Assembly: GCA_043228905.1 (NCBI GenBank)
Contig: JBHGNT010000012.1
Coordinates: 11,966,001-12,030,000 of the forward strand
Length of the DNA stretch: 64,000 nucleotides
DNA from: Azolla caroliniana
Lineage: Eukaryota > Plantae > Polypodiophyta
Direction: 5' to 3'
How positions within the stretch are numbered: position 1 is the stretch's first letter; each line of letters begins with the position of its first letter. A program made the position numbers and the translations under genes. The notes beneath the pieces were generated by a model. It did no database searches and was not told the origin of the DNA. It saw nothing but the letters and a program-made list of their open reading frames with translations. Below are positions 1-11,210 of the stretch, one piece after another.

Positions 1-1115
1 ATTCTGTCCAGCTTTAGCCACTCGTTTGCCTTGTATGCTTCTGGAGGATTATCATTCTCAATCGGGTCTATCTGACCCTTGACTATGAGATAGTCATGCA
101 TTTGTTCCTTCCAAAAGTTGAAGTTCGAACCGTCGAACCTCCTTAGACTCATCTCCGATGAGCCGGATGTTGATGCCATCTGATTTGGTTTCAGTTGGTA
201 AGACTCTGTTCGGACTTGACTAGGAACCTTAGTTGGGTGCAGCGGGTCAACTCACCCGATATCGTTCTAGTCGGTCTTGAACCCGAGTCGGTTTGGTTTC
301 AGATACTTGTTTGCTGAACCTTCTTAGAGAGACTCCGGTTAGCTTCCGATTGTATGCCAAATACCGATCACAAGAAACTGATTGTTTAGGCCGATTCTGC
401 TTCGGATGACTGCAGCGATGAGAGGGACGGATCCAACTGATCCTGCCGAATGTTGATCGGCCAAATGAAGCACGAATTTGGTTGTTGCCTGGAGACCAAT
501 CTGCAGCGGGTGGTTACAACAAGCGGGTGAATAGCGTCCGATGACCTATTCGGATGTTTAACCAAATGAAGCACGATTGGGTCGGTTGTTGCACAAGGAG
601 CTCACCTCAAATGGTTACACTCACAAGAACAGAGTACAACCAACTAGCTTACTCCAATCACCGATTTAACACAGTGAGATGCAGACTTCTTATTTTTGTC
701 TTCTCTCTTCTCTGTTCTTCAAGAAAAACAAAAACAGAGTGTTGTGTTGTGTACTATGATGGCCAGTATCAGGTTCAGGACCCTCCAACCCTCTGATACC
801 AAATGTTGGGGACAAGGTCGTCAGTGCGGAAGAACAAACAACATATGTGATGTTGAAGGACCTATGCATGAGAATGAACAAGATACACACTGAGATATAT
901 ATATATATATATATATATAAGCACAAAGAAACGTTTTATTTCTTAATAGCAACAGTTACAAATGACAACCAACCCTTTTACTAAAGGTTACAAAGTCACT
1001 TTATATAGTGACTATCCTAGGGCAACTACCCTTTATGCTATTTACAGAAATAGCCCAAACTTGGGTTGTCCAAAGGGAAAGTGTGAATACGGCCATTATA
1101 CACTCGTATTCGACA
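1..1115 (-). mobile_element. 5' end of a Ty1/copia LTR retrotransposon (LTR ~804-1115, tRNA-iMet PBS 791-801, gag starting at 179 and running off the window)
   Basis: ctctgatacca at 791-801 is the reverse complement of the PBS TGGTATCAGAG and lies next to TGTTG at 804. The putative other LTR end is CGACA at 1115. The minus frame from 179 reads MASTSGSSEMSLRRFDGSNFNFWKEQMHDYLIVKGQ, a copia gag N-terminus. Confidence 0.8.
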
Positions 1116-4100
1116 CTGTCCTTTTTTACTCTACCGCCAATCCTGCCATTTTCAGCGCTGACTTCCCCTTTGTCAATTGGCTCCGACTTCGGCCCGTTCT
1201 TTCAGCCACTCCCCCTACATCTGGCTCGTCTCCACTTAACCAATCTTCTTCCATTTGTCCACACGTCCGACATGTCCTCGGCTTCTTCAGCCGATTTGGA
1301 CGTTTTAACTCCTTCACTCGTTCCAAATCAAATTCTACATTTGGTCCGACTCTTGGACATCATCTCTCTCCATCTTTCGAACTTCACTCCTCCCCCTCAA
1401 GTTCAGCATGTCAAGGCGCGTAAGACAAGCATGCTTGAAAAATTCCGCAAATTGTCTAGGCCGAGGGGTTTGGTGAAGATATCGGCAGCCTGCCGATCCG
1501 TTGAAACATACACCAGTTCGACTTCACCGGAGAAGACTCTCCCACAGACAAAATGATAGTGCACCTCGATGTGCTCTTTCTAGGCATGGAAGACAGGGTT
1601 CTTCGCAAGTTGGATGTTTCTAAGGTTGTCGTAGTATATCATTGTTGGTTCAGACACCTCCATTTGCAAATCCCTTAACAACCTCTTGAGCCATATGGCT
1701 TCGCATGTCGCAACATGCTCTCCTCGATATTTGGCCTCATTGGTCGACAATGCAATGGTCGGTTGCTTCTTATTGCTCCGGGGGATCGCGGCACTTCCCA
1801 ATGAAAACATGAATCTGGATGTTGACTTGCAATCGCCGACATTTCCCGAAGAAGTTTACACCATCCAGGAACCCTCTTCATCCAGCCTAGTCATCATCTA
1901 TGTAGTCAAGAAGTTGTTCAGCTACGCCTATCTGATACAACAATGCCCTATCCTTAGTGCCGCTAACATATCTCAGGATCCTTTGTGCACACTGAGGTTG
2001 TTCAGTCATTGGTTGTGACATAAACGGACCGATCAAGCCGATCGGATAGCCGAGGTCCGGACGGGTGATGGTTAGATATATTACGCTTTCGACCATGTGT
2101 CGGAACTGTGTTGGGTAGCATGACTTTCTGGAACCTTGGCAAAGCTTGATGTTGCGGTCTACAGGAGTTGAGACGGATTTGTAATACATCATGTTGGGAA
2201 ACAGGTCCCTCCGGATGGGAAGAGAGAAGAGCCAAAACTGAAATCGTGTAAACAGCCAACTCGGGAGACTATATCTGTATATAGCCAAAATAAGCCTCTG
2301 TGGGCTATACTTGTAAATAGCCCAGAAGTTGTACTAGTGTATAAGCATCTAGGGTAATCATTATATGGATCATTATCGTGAGATAGTTAGTACGTGGTAG
2401 TGGTCTCTGTAACTGAGAGAATGTGTGAGAGAGGGAGAGTGTGAGTAAGTGCAACTCTATAGCCGTTTGCTGACGAAGAAGAACTCGAGGTCGTTTCCTT
2501 GGAGTTTCTTGTTGTACACCCTCATCATCCTAGTGATCTGTTTTCGGAGCAAGTGGAGTCCATGTGGTTTTTCCCAGTTCAGGTTTCCACGGTAAAATCT
2601 ATGTTCTCTGTTTTTTAGGTTTTCTATTTTTCTATTTTCTATCTGAGCGTTATGTCTTGCACACAAATATACGAGCGGTAACTGGTTGTGGCCGGTCACG
2701 AACGCAACACATCATTCCGAACTTGAAAAGCATACTTAGCACATAATGTCATTGGTTCATCAGTATGCATTCGAAGATGCGGATCACTTCGATCCCGAGG
2801 AAGTAATGAAGGTTTCCCAAGTCCTTCATTTGGAATGATGCGGCATGCAAGGACTTGATGCGGCTAATTTCTTTGAGGTTGGTGCCATCGATGACTAAAT
2901 CATCTACATAAAGCAATATGCTTACCAGTCCGCTCTGACCCTGCTAGATGAAGAATGAAGACTCTAACTTCAACGGAGCAAAACCCATCTGACGCAACTG
3001 TTGTGTGATCTTCGCGTTCCATGCATACGGGGCTTGCTTTAGTCCATAGAGGGACTTCTTTAGTCGGCAAATGACCGACGTGTTCACTCCAGACTAAAAT
3101 CCGAGAGGTTGCACCATATAAACCTATTCCTCAACCTCTCCTTGTAGGAATGCATTTTGGACATCCATTTGGTGCAGATGCCATCCCTTTGCTACCGCTA
3201 GCAAGACACAGAATGTCATCATCTTCGCGATCGGCACAAACATCTCATCCTAATCGATGTCGTGTTGTTGCAGGTAGCCCTTGACCACTAGTCAGGCCTT
3301 GTATCAGTTCACAGAGCCTTCGGCATTGTACTTGACCTTGCACACCCACCTACATCCGATCGGCTTCACACCCTTGGGGGCATCAACTAGGTCATAGGTC
3401 TCCTTCTCTAGCAATGCGTGCATTTCTTCCTCCATGGCGGCACGCCAATTCGCGTCCTTCGCCGCTTCTGCGTAGCTCTCCGGTTCACGCACTTTCACCA
3501 CCTTCTCTGCATACACATAGTGATGCACCATATATTCATTATATCGGATTACGGGGTTCTTTTGGTGGGTGGATCGGCGCAACATCTACATCACCGATTT
3601 TAAGGCCCTCTTGGCCAATTTTGACCTCATTTTCGAAGGTCCATCTTCGTTCTTGGCTGTGTCGGATTCGCTCTGATCCGATGCTCTAGAATCTGTGTCG
3701 TAGCCTGATATCTTCATCTACCCCTTCCCTTCTCTTTGCGTGTAAACCGTTTCCTCAGTTTCTAGGGCGGGGACTGCACGAGTGAGTCTCCACTACTCGC
3801 CAGCTCATTATCGGATTGGCCCTGTCCAATCTCTCATTCAGGCCACTTAGCCGGAATGACATCAAACTCTCTTCTAGAGTTCTGATGTCTTCTTCATTGA
3901 AGGGCATCTCAGCCTCACTAGTCTCATTGTCAGAATTTGGAATGGAGTTAATGGGGGTTGGAGGTGGAGGCAAGTACCACGAAGTCGACTCTTCAAATAC
4001 GACATCTTGACTACCTTAGACTTATTTCGATCGAGGGTTATAACACTTATAACCCTTCTACTCGTCTGAGTAGGCAACCAAGATACACTCCTTGGCTTTG

Positions 4101-4140
4101 GCATCTAGCTTCCTCCACTTCTCCTTCAACACATGCTCTC
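1116..4140 (-). mobile_element. Degenerate Ty1/copia pol (integrase tail, RT, RNase H) plus 3' extension, interrupted by a solo LTR
   Basis: Minus ORFs contain KPIGCRWVCKVKYNAEGSVN (RT), YLTITRPDLGYP, KKQPTIALSTNEAKYR and LAKNPVFHA (RNase H). Many stops and frameshifts. PPT-like ctccccctcaagt at ~1390-1402. Confidence 0.9.
2192..2709 (+). mobile_element. Solo LTR (518 bp) inserted in the copia RT
   Basis: TGTTG...CAACA termini with 5-bp TSD CATCA at 2187-2191 and 2710-2714. Copia RT sequence resumes on both sides. Confidence 0.9.
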
Positions 4141-4365
4141 TTGTAATGGCTCTTTCTGCCGTTGTCGTCGCCGCCGTCACCATCTGTTGTTGTCGTCGTC
4201 TGTTGCTCTTGCCGCTGCCGCCGCCATTTGACATCTGTCACCGTCGTTGTTTGTCGTCTACCACCGTCGTCATCACCGTTGTTGTCATTTCTTGGCCGTC
4301 GCCGCTGCCACCGTCGTTGTCATGTGTAGTCATTGTCGTTGTCGTCGTTGTCCACTATCACCTAC
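4140..4365. repeat. Low-complexity (GTC/GCC/GTT)n trinucleotide tract
   Basis: Runs of gtcgtc, gccgcc and gttgtt read directly. Confidence 0.8.
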
Positions 4366-4369
4366 GCTT

Positions 4370-4640
4370 CTAACAACGTAATCAGCTGAAAATGAGACAA
4401 CATACATGTCCTTCTACACTCGAACCTAGCGCGCAAGGCATTGATGCTCGGCTAAGTTTTTCCTATCCTCTTTGTCTTTTCTTTCTTTTATCTTTTGATT
4501 TATGACATGACTTCTAGACGAAACCATAAGGAAACACACGAAGAAATTATAAGTAAGGAAGAATTTTTAGATGTCCTTCACCGTTTAGTTAAACTAGAGA
4601 TATGGGCGAAAGAGATTGAAGCTGAAAAACAAAAAGATGC
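4370..4640 (+). mobile_element. 5' UTR and ORF1 start of an RTEX-like LINE (same family as the LINE at 44682)
   Basis: catacatgtcc...atgacttctagacg...gaaacacacgaagaaattataagtaagg...gagattgaagctgaaaaaca is nearly identical to 44704-44867. Confidence 0.85.
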
Positions 4641-5900
4641 AAAGCTTCCGAGTAGGTGCTTTGCATGCAAGTGGGCCGCCGGTCCCTCTAATGTCATGCT
4701 GAATTCGGCAATTTTTGACTGTTCAGCTTCCGGTTCGGTCAACCTTTGGGACACATGATTCGCTTCCCATGTTTGTAGGAAGGCATAGACGTGCGCCTCC
4801 GCGTCAGGGTCATCACGGTACTTCAGATACGGGTACGACATGGTGTCATCTTCGGGAGGTTGTACCGGGGATGTGTGGTCTAGTTCTTGCTCTACGGGTA
4901 GTGTTGGTGCGCGGTTTTCTGCTTCCTCCGCGGGTGGTGTTGGTGCGCGGTTTTCCGCTTCCTCCGCGGGTGGTGTTGGTGCGCGGTTTTCCGCTTCCTC
5001 CGCGGGTGGTGTTGGTGCACGGTTTTCCGCTTTCTCCACGGGTGGTGTCGATGAGCCGTTCGATTCGTCGTCCTCCAGATTGTCAGGAGTATCGTGGCTG
5101 CTTTTGTAATTCGACTGAACGCTCTACTCACTATCTGATTCTGACTCTAAGGCCGAGAATGCCTCCGAGTATCTGTTGCCTTCGGCAAGCGTCTGCAGTC
5201 GCGATTTTGCCTCTCGCAGGCTCGTTAGACTACTGCCCTCATCGGAAAGTTGTTGTTTTTGGAACCAAAGTGTTTCTTCCGCGACCATCCGAAGCACTCT
5301 AGGAAAAGACCGATCCTGTCGGATCTCCTCGACCACTTGTTGGAAGACTTCCAGCCTTTGTTGTCTTCCGGCTGGTCTTCTTCCTTGTTCGGTGACTTGG
5401 TTGTTAGTTGGTCGAGACATCCATCCCCCGGTGTTCTCTGCTCACTTCAGGAATCGTGGTCGCCAGAAACTGTGTTATCCTTTAGGCTGAACAAACCCTA
5501 ACACAGGATGTCCCTATGGAACACTTCACCAAAGGGTAGTACGGTGAGATATGGATGGACCGTGGTGTCGAATGGGTCTTAACCGATTACTAACCGGCAC
5601 TATTAATGATCGTAACACACACGTAAGATTAATTATATTAAGCACAGAACATTAACCAAATAGACACTAACAATATGTAAAATAGCAGTACTTCTATTAA
5701 TTATCCGTCCTTGATAACATTCTTGCCCGGTCCTTTTATAGGCCTCCGGCTAAGTTACAAACCGGTGCCAACCGGCAACCGGCAACGATCCAGTCCGGAT
5801 CCGAATCGGCATACCGATTCTGGTCCGTCCGCCCACTTGTCAAAATAAAATAATATTTATTAATTACAACTTGTTGTCCTAATTAAATACCCCTTTCACA
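4641..5900 (-). mobile_element. 5' part of a Ty3/gypsy (Tat/Athila-like) element: LTR 5471-5900, PBS ~5451-5465, disrupted gag
   Basis: TGTG...CACA-bounded segment 5471-5900, followed on the minus strand by TGGCGACCACG (PBS-like). Gag-like YPYLKYRDDPDAEAHVYAFLQTW...FSMTLEGPAA. 36-bp tandem repeats at ~4900-5045. Confidence 0.7.
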
Positions 5901-6935
5901 TTCTAGACTCTAACCAGCCCTTTGGTCTTGCCGGCCAACTGTATTCTTCCTCCGCAAAAGGCTCCGAACATCTTATGGGATGTTGAAGCACAATGCAAGG
6001 GTAATCATAGCGACGTACGAAGGCAACCCAATCGATTGGGGCTTCATCACAGGTGCGACCTTAAGTGCCAAACTCCTCACCCTGCAGGACGGGAAGAAAT
6101 TTCTCCCAATCGTCGCACAATACTTGACAGTATTGTTCCGCCAGCAGCATCGTTCCCTACTCAAACGGAGGTCGGCCCGTCACCATCATGACCCTCTAGC
6201 CGAAAAACGCAACTTGGTGCCCTCCGCACAACTAAATGGCAAGATGAGCAGAAGGAATGACCTCAAGAAACCAGCCGTTAAGCCCGCTAAAGACGACAGC
6301 CAACCCCACACCCCCAGTTCAACAGGCAGAATCGGCGAAGCAGGATAGCCAACCGATCAACAGTAGGAGGAGGTTCCCCGTAGCCCCAAACTAAAATGCT
6401 GCCAACTGGATCGGAAAAACGATCAAGGGTTGGCAAAAGACACAATGACAAACCCGGCCAAGGATACACCGATTGCGGTCGAGTCGAGCGCAACAGTCAT
6501 TCCGGATTTGGCAAAAGGAACGACGCACACCAGGAATCTATAATAGGGCCAAGGTTCCCTAATACAAGAGAGTGAGGTCCTCGCTTATCCCTAAATCCCA
6601 ACGGTCTCCCACGAGTTATCACCATGCCATTTCTGGAAGACATCCCGATAAAGGGGTGTCCAGAGGACATGAAGGACGAGACGGTCGGAGAAGACGGATG
6701 CCGGAAGTTCATGGCTGACCACATTGCAGACTGAGAGAAGATACTACAGAAGTTGGAAGGAGCACAACTTACCTTCTCTAGGGAGAAGTCAGCGTTCGGG
6801 CAGTCAGAGATCTTGGCGGTCAGTCACCTATGTGGACCCTACGGTCGAACACCATCTCAACCTAAGGTACATGCCATCTCAACGATGAAAGAAGAATGCA
6901 GGTCAACCCCGGAGGCCATCTCATCTTCATATTGA
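5901..6935 (+). mobile_element. Gypsy-derived fragments (accessory-ORF-like piece, then RT remnant)
   Basis: 6620-6910 translates MPFLEDIPIKGCPED...KFMADHIAD*EKILQKLEGAQLTFSREKSAFGQSEI...LCGPYGR, a gypsy RT core with a decayed xxDD motif. The identity of 5901-6500 is inferred. Confidence 0.6.
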
Positions 6936-7032
6936 ATAATGTCTAATCCATATAAGTTTTGATGAAGACAATTTCTTTTCAAAAACAGCCTAGAGCATCT
7001 CCCACAAGGCAAATGTTGATGTTTGTTTGGCC

Positions 7033-7285
7033 TGTCAAAACCAAGAATAAAAGATAGAGTGATGGAAGAAGGATATAAGAGAACACGAGAAGAAAGGAAC
7101 GATATGTTAAGAGAAGAATGGGTGTATTAAGATAGAGAAAGAAAGAGAATGGATACAAGATATGTAATGAGAGCTAAAGACTAGTCTTGATTCGAATTGA
7201 TTTGAGAATACATGTATGCCCTTATAGGTTCCTATAGAATAGCTTAGAGATTTCTATAATGTTCTAGAATGTTCTATAATGTTCT
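7033..7285 (-). mobile_element. LTR fragment of the chromovirus family found at 57238
   Basis: tgtcaaaaccaagaataaaagatagagtgatggaagaagg...gattcgaattgatttgagaatacatgtatg aligns to 57238-57445. Confidence 0.85.
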
Positions 7286-7294
7286 GCCAATGGA

Positions 7295-8360
7295 GGAGGG
7301 TCGCCACATGAGTTGTACTTCAAGAAGAAGCCGAACTTGGCACACTTGAGGGTCTTCGGTAGAATCGCATATGTGCATGTGCCAAAGGAGAAACGGAGGA
7401 AGTTGGACGCCAAAGCCGAGAAGTGTACCTTGGTTGGCTACTCAGACAAACATAAGGGTTATAAGTGTTAAAAGTCGTGATGTTGTGTTCGACGAGTCCG
7501 CATCGTGGTACTTGCCTTGCCTCCAACCCCTGACGTCGAACTTGTTTATGTTCCGACCGATTGGCAGGTTGCCAATATCTTCACCAAACCTCTTGGCCTA
7601 GACAAGTTGCGGCAATTCTTGGGCATGCTTGGCATACAACACCTCGATATGCCAAACTTGAGGGGGAGGAGTGAAGCTGAAAAGGAGAGAGACGAAGTCC
7701 GAAAAGCCGAATCAGATGGAGAATTCAATTTCGGCACGATTGAAAAAGTCGGAATGTCCGGATCGGATGGAGAAGCCAAGGACACATGGACATGTGGAAG
7801 GAGATCAGTTAAGCAAAGACTAGCCACATGCAGGGGGAGTGGCCGAAAGAGAGAACCGAAGACAGAGCCAACCGAACCAAGGGGAGATGAAGTCTAGAAA
7901 GGCAAGAAAAGCAGTAGAGTCGAAAAGGACATAGCCAACCGAGCGAAGGCCAAGACCAAGACATGGGCAGATGTGGTCAAGGTCCGGAAAGAAGACGAAT
8001 CGAAGACAACTGATTCGGTCAACAGTCGAAGTGAATCGGAAGCCAATTCAATGAAAATGTTCGATTCGGAGGAGCCGAATCGATTGGTCAAGCGGGAAAG
8101 GAGGCAGTCGAAGTCTACACCGACACGGAAGAGTCGACGAGTTGAGGGGCGCCAACACCGCGACAACGGACGAAGCTAACTTGGGCCAAAGCAGCAAACA
8201 AGCCTATCGTAGGGGTCAAGGTGCGCTGAACTAGACGAGTTGAGGAGCACCGAATTGAAGGGGTCATGGGACGCAAGGCTGAACTGAACAAGGAATGTGA
8301 TCGAGGCATCGAGTCGCAAGGAGAGACTAGAATGAAATTGAGGACACATCGGAACTTGAG
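7295..8360 (+). mobile_element. Internally deleted copia fragment (integrase tail fused to RNase H end, then 3' extension)
   Basis: KPNLAHLRVFG...KLDAKAEKC...SRDVVFDES joins directly to VELVYVPTDWQVANIFTKPLG at ~7535. The downstream region is homologous to the reverse complement of 1150-1400. Confidence 0.85.
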
Positions 8361-8364
8361 GTCC

Positions 8365-8878
8365 TGCCAGGGGAGTTGGGGTTATGGAACCCGGTCGTAC
8401 CAGTTATTCGAATCAATACGTGGTATACTAACTTCACAGCACTCGTGACATGTACAAACCGTTATTCAAGTCTACCCACTCGAAATTGCTAGGATCAACA
8501 AACAAGAAAAATATCCTATAGGATCAGCTATAACCGTTTTCAGAACCACAATTCTTACACATACAATACTTCTATACTATACATAAAGGGAAGAACACTT
8601 GAGTTGCCCAGAAGAAAGTATAATCGATTAGAGTACAAACATACATAGATACAAGTACTGATCACTATCGGTACAACACTCGCTCTCTCTCTTTTCTGGC
8701 CTAATATCTATCTTTCCCTATATGTCCCCCCTCCCTATTCTCAAACACTCGGTATATATATATGCTCAGCGCTTTACAACCGTTCCTCCTTAATACTCGG
8801 CTCCCTTTGTTTGGCTGTTTCTGCTCGGCTCCCTTTGACTCGTTTCACACCTTGTCACATTTGTCCCACCGGTTAACA
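8365..8878 (-). mobile_element. Possible LTR fragment
   Basis: TG...CA-bounded non-coding stretch with a TATA-like run at ~8752. No TSD found. Confidence 0.35.
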
Positions 8879-9190
8879 ACGTTCCCATTTTGTTGGCTTT
8901 GTAGCAACATATGCTTGAAGCATCTCCACAATAATTTGATTTACTCGTTTTGTTTGTCCATCGGATTGAGGATGATTTGCAAAGCTCATGTTCAAGGTAG
9001 TTTCTAACTTCTTAAAGACTTGCATCCAAAGGTTGTTAGTAAACATTGAGTCTCGATCATTCACAATATCCATTGGTAACCCATAAAAATGGGATAACTC
9101 ATCAACCAATTCAGAAGAGGTTATCGTGGTTTTAGTAGCAATAAAGCTGGTCATTTTGGTTAGTTTGTCAACTACAATCCAACTGACATC
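8879..9190 (-). mobile_element. Ty3/gypsy integrase fragment
   Basis: GLPMDIVNDRDSMFT...ANHPQSDGQTKRVNQ integrase core motifs. Confidence 0.85.
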
Positions 9191-9209
9191 ATTTTTGGGT
9201 GTGAGGAAA

Positions 9210-10538
9210 TAGGGCCTGAATTTGACGGGTTAGTATAAAAGTTTTTTGACAGACATTTTTTAAAGATGTATGTCATATGACACAAGAGTGAAAAAACTAA
9301 CATGTCATTTGATATACAAATTTTTATAATGAAAGTTCTATATGATGCTTCATTGTTATACATTTCATTACTATAGAAAGTGCACAAATAAACATAACTA
9401 CCTCACAAAGATAATGAAATACATAAAATTAATATCATGTTAATGTTTTTACTAATAAGTATGAATTATTTTTTACCAAACTTGGTGATTTTATGTAAGT
9501 AAAAAAATTTAGTTTTAACTTAAAACTTAAAACATTAAAATCAAACCTAGAGTTATACACTCTTAAACTATGTATTTAATAAAGGTTATTGTTTAAAATT
9601 TCAACTAATATTATTAGTAAAGAAATTAAGAATAAATATTTGAGAGAGGCTTGCAGTCTACATCCCCTAGGTTCCCAGACATTTGGATGTTGATCACAGG
9701 CTTCACCCTGTGGTATGTATGGAAAGCGTGTTGCCTAAAGGTCTTTTAGGATCTAGTGCGGCCCCCGGAGGAAGTGATCATGGACATATGGTTTGCGCTT
9801 ATCAGCTGCCTACGAGGGCAAATGGATGAGGTTTGCAGCCATTCCAATGACGTGGTTACTGCCCATTTGCGCTTTTGGCAGAACACGCCTATGGTGACAC
9901 AAGGAGGAAGTGGCCCGAGGTGGAACTACCAGCCCCCACGCTGGCTGTTTCCGTCTCACTTACCACCATCCATTCGCTGTCGACCCCAGGAGTTGTCTCG
10001 TACTAGCCATCACTAACGGGCACCATTTTTATCTATAGGTACTTACATTAAGTAGTCAATCCGAAAGGCGATGTAACTAGTCTCATTTTCTTGAACTTGA
10101 TCGGAGGGAGATTCCCCGATCTATGTATAAACCTCCTTGCACAGTCTCTTTGTAATAATCCTTCCTAACTAATAAGAAAGTAGCTTCATTTTGGAAAAAA
10201 AAAAAGAATAAATATTTGAGAGTATATACCATTATTTCATGATAATGATATTATTTTAAGTGTGTTATAAAAAACATATAATTTTTTGGAATTTTTTTTA
10301 TATAGTATTAATATATTATAATACACACTTCATATCTATAATAAGTGACACATGTATATGTATATAATATATATGACATGGAAAATAGAATTTTAACATG
10401 TCATTTGTAGGGGCCTTTGGCATGAAAAATGGATATTTAAACTATATATGTCACTTGACGGGCATTTTTATTATGTGTATGTATTTGACGGGCAAAATGG
10501 CCTTCAACAGGCATGACACCTGTCAAATTCCTGCCCTG
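9210..10538. mobile_element. Non-autonomous TIR DNA transposon (MITE-like, YAGGGC termini)
   Basis: Left end tagggcctgaatttgacgggt versus reverse complement of right end cagggcaggaatttgacaggt (17/21 match). Direct repeat gtgaggaaa at 9201-9209 and 10539-10547. AT-rich interior. Confidence 0.8.
9647..10203 (+). mobile_element. 5'-truncated L1-type LINE 3' end with poly(A), nested in the TIR element
   Basis: 19-bp TSD aagaataaatatttgagag at 9628-9646 and 10204-10222, A-tail from 10195, and ORF2 C-terminal-like TLWYVWKACCLKVF*DLVRPPEEVIMDIW. Confidence 0.85.
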
Positions 10539-10689
10539 GTGAGGAAAGCTAACAATAAAATCCATGGATATATTTTCCCATTTATTTTTGAGAATGTCTA
10601 AGGGGTGTAAAAGTCCAAGGGCGACTTTAAGTCGTTCGGCTTTGTTAACGTGATATTAGTCACATAGTTATGTATGTCATAATGCATCT

Positions 10690-10949
10690 TAACAAGAACC
10701 ACCACCAACAACAACAACAACTCCTCCTCCTCCTCCTCCATCGTAATATATGTATGTAATAAATAGGTATAATCGCGATTCGGGATGGATTGGATGGATG
10801 AAAAAGGGAAGTTCATCAGCTAACTCTCTCTCTCTCTCTCTCTCTCCGTAGTAGTAGCAGTAGTAGTAGTAGTAAGAGGAGGAGGAGGAGGAGGAGGAGG
10901 AGGAGGGGGGTTTTAGGGGGAGAGACAAATTGAAGACAGGCGGGCGGGC

Positions 10950-10990
<41 letters not shown>

Positions 10991-11000
10991 CAGAGGAGAG
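10690..11000. repeat. Microsatellite cluster in the promoter/5' UTR region: (ACA)n, (CCT)n, (CT)n, (TAG)n, (GAG)n, (AG)n
   Basis: Directly visible simple repeats upstream of the mS35 start codon. Confidence 0.9.
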
Positions 11001-11090
11001 AATTAGGAGGAGGAATGCTGAAGATGAAGAAGGAGATGATGATGATGCCTCATCCTCGTCTTCTCTGCAGCTACAGGAGGCTGCCTTCCA

Positions 11091-11169
11091 ACATGGCGGC
11101 TATGGCGGCTGCTGCTGCCACGTCGTGGCCATGGCCATGGCCAGTGCATTCATCAGTAGTGGTCGTCCC

Positions 11170-11210
<41 letters not shown>

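Noticed and set aside
1008-1556. Long plus-strand ORFs (962-1423 and 1008-1556)
   Set aside because: They are antisense shadows across an LTR and copia RNase H junction and have no protein motif.
4900-5045. Regular 36-bp repeats as a CRISPR-like array
   Set aside because: Head-to-tail units with no spacers, inside a retrotransposon gag in eukaryotic DNA.
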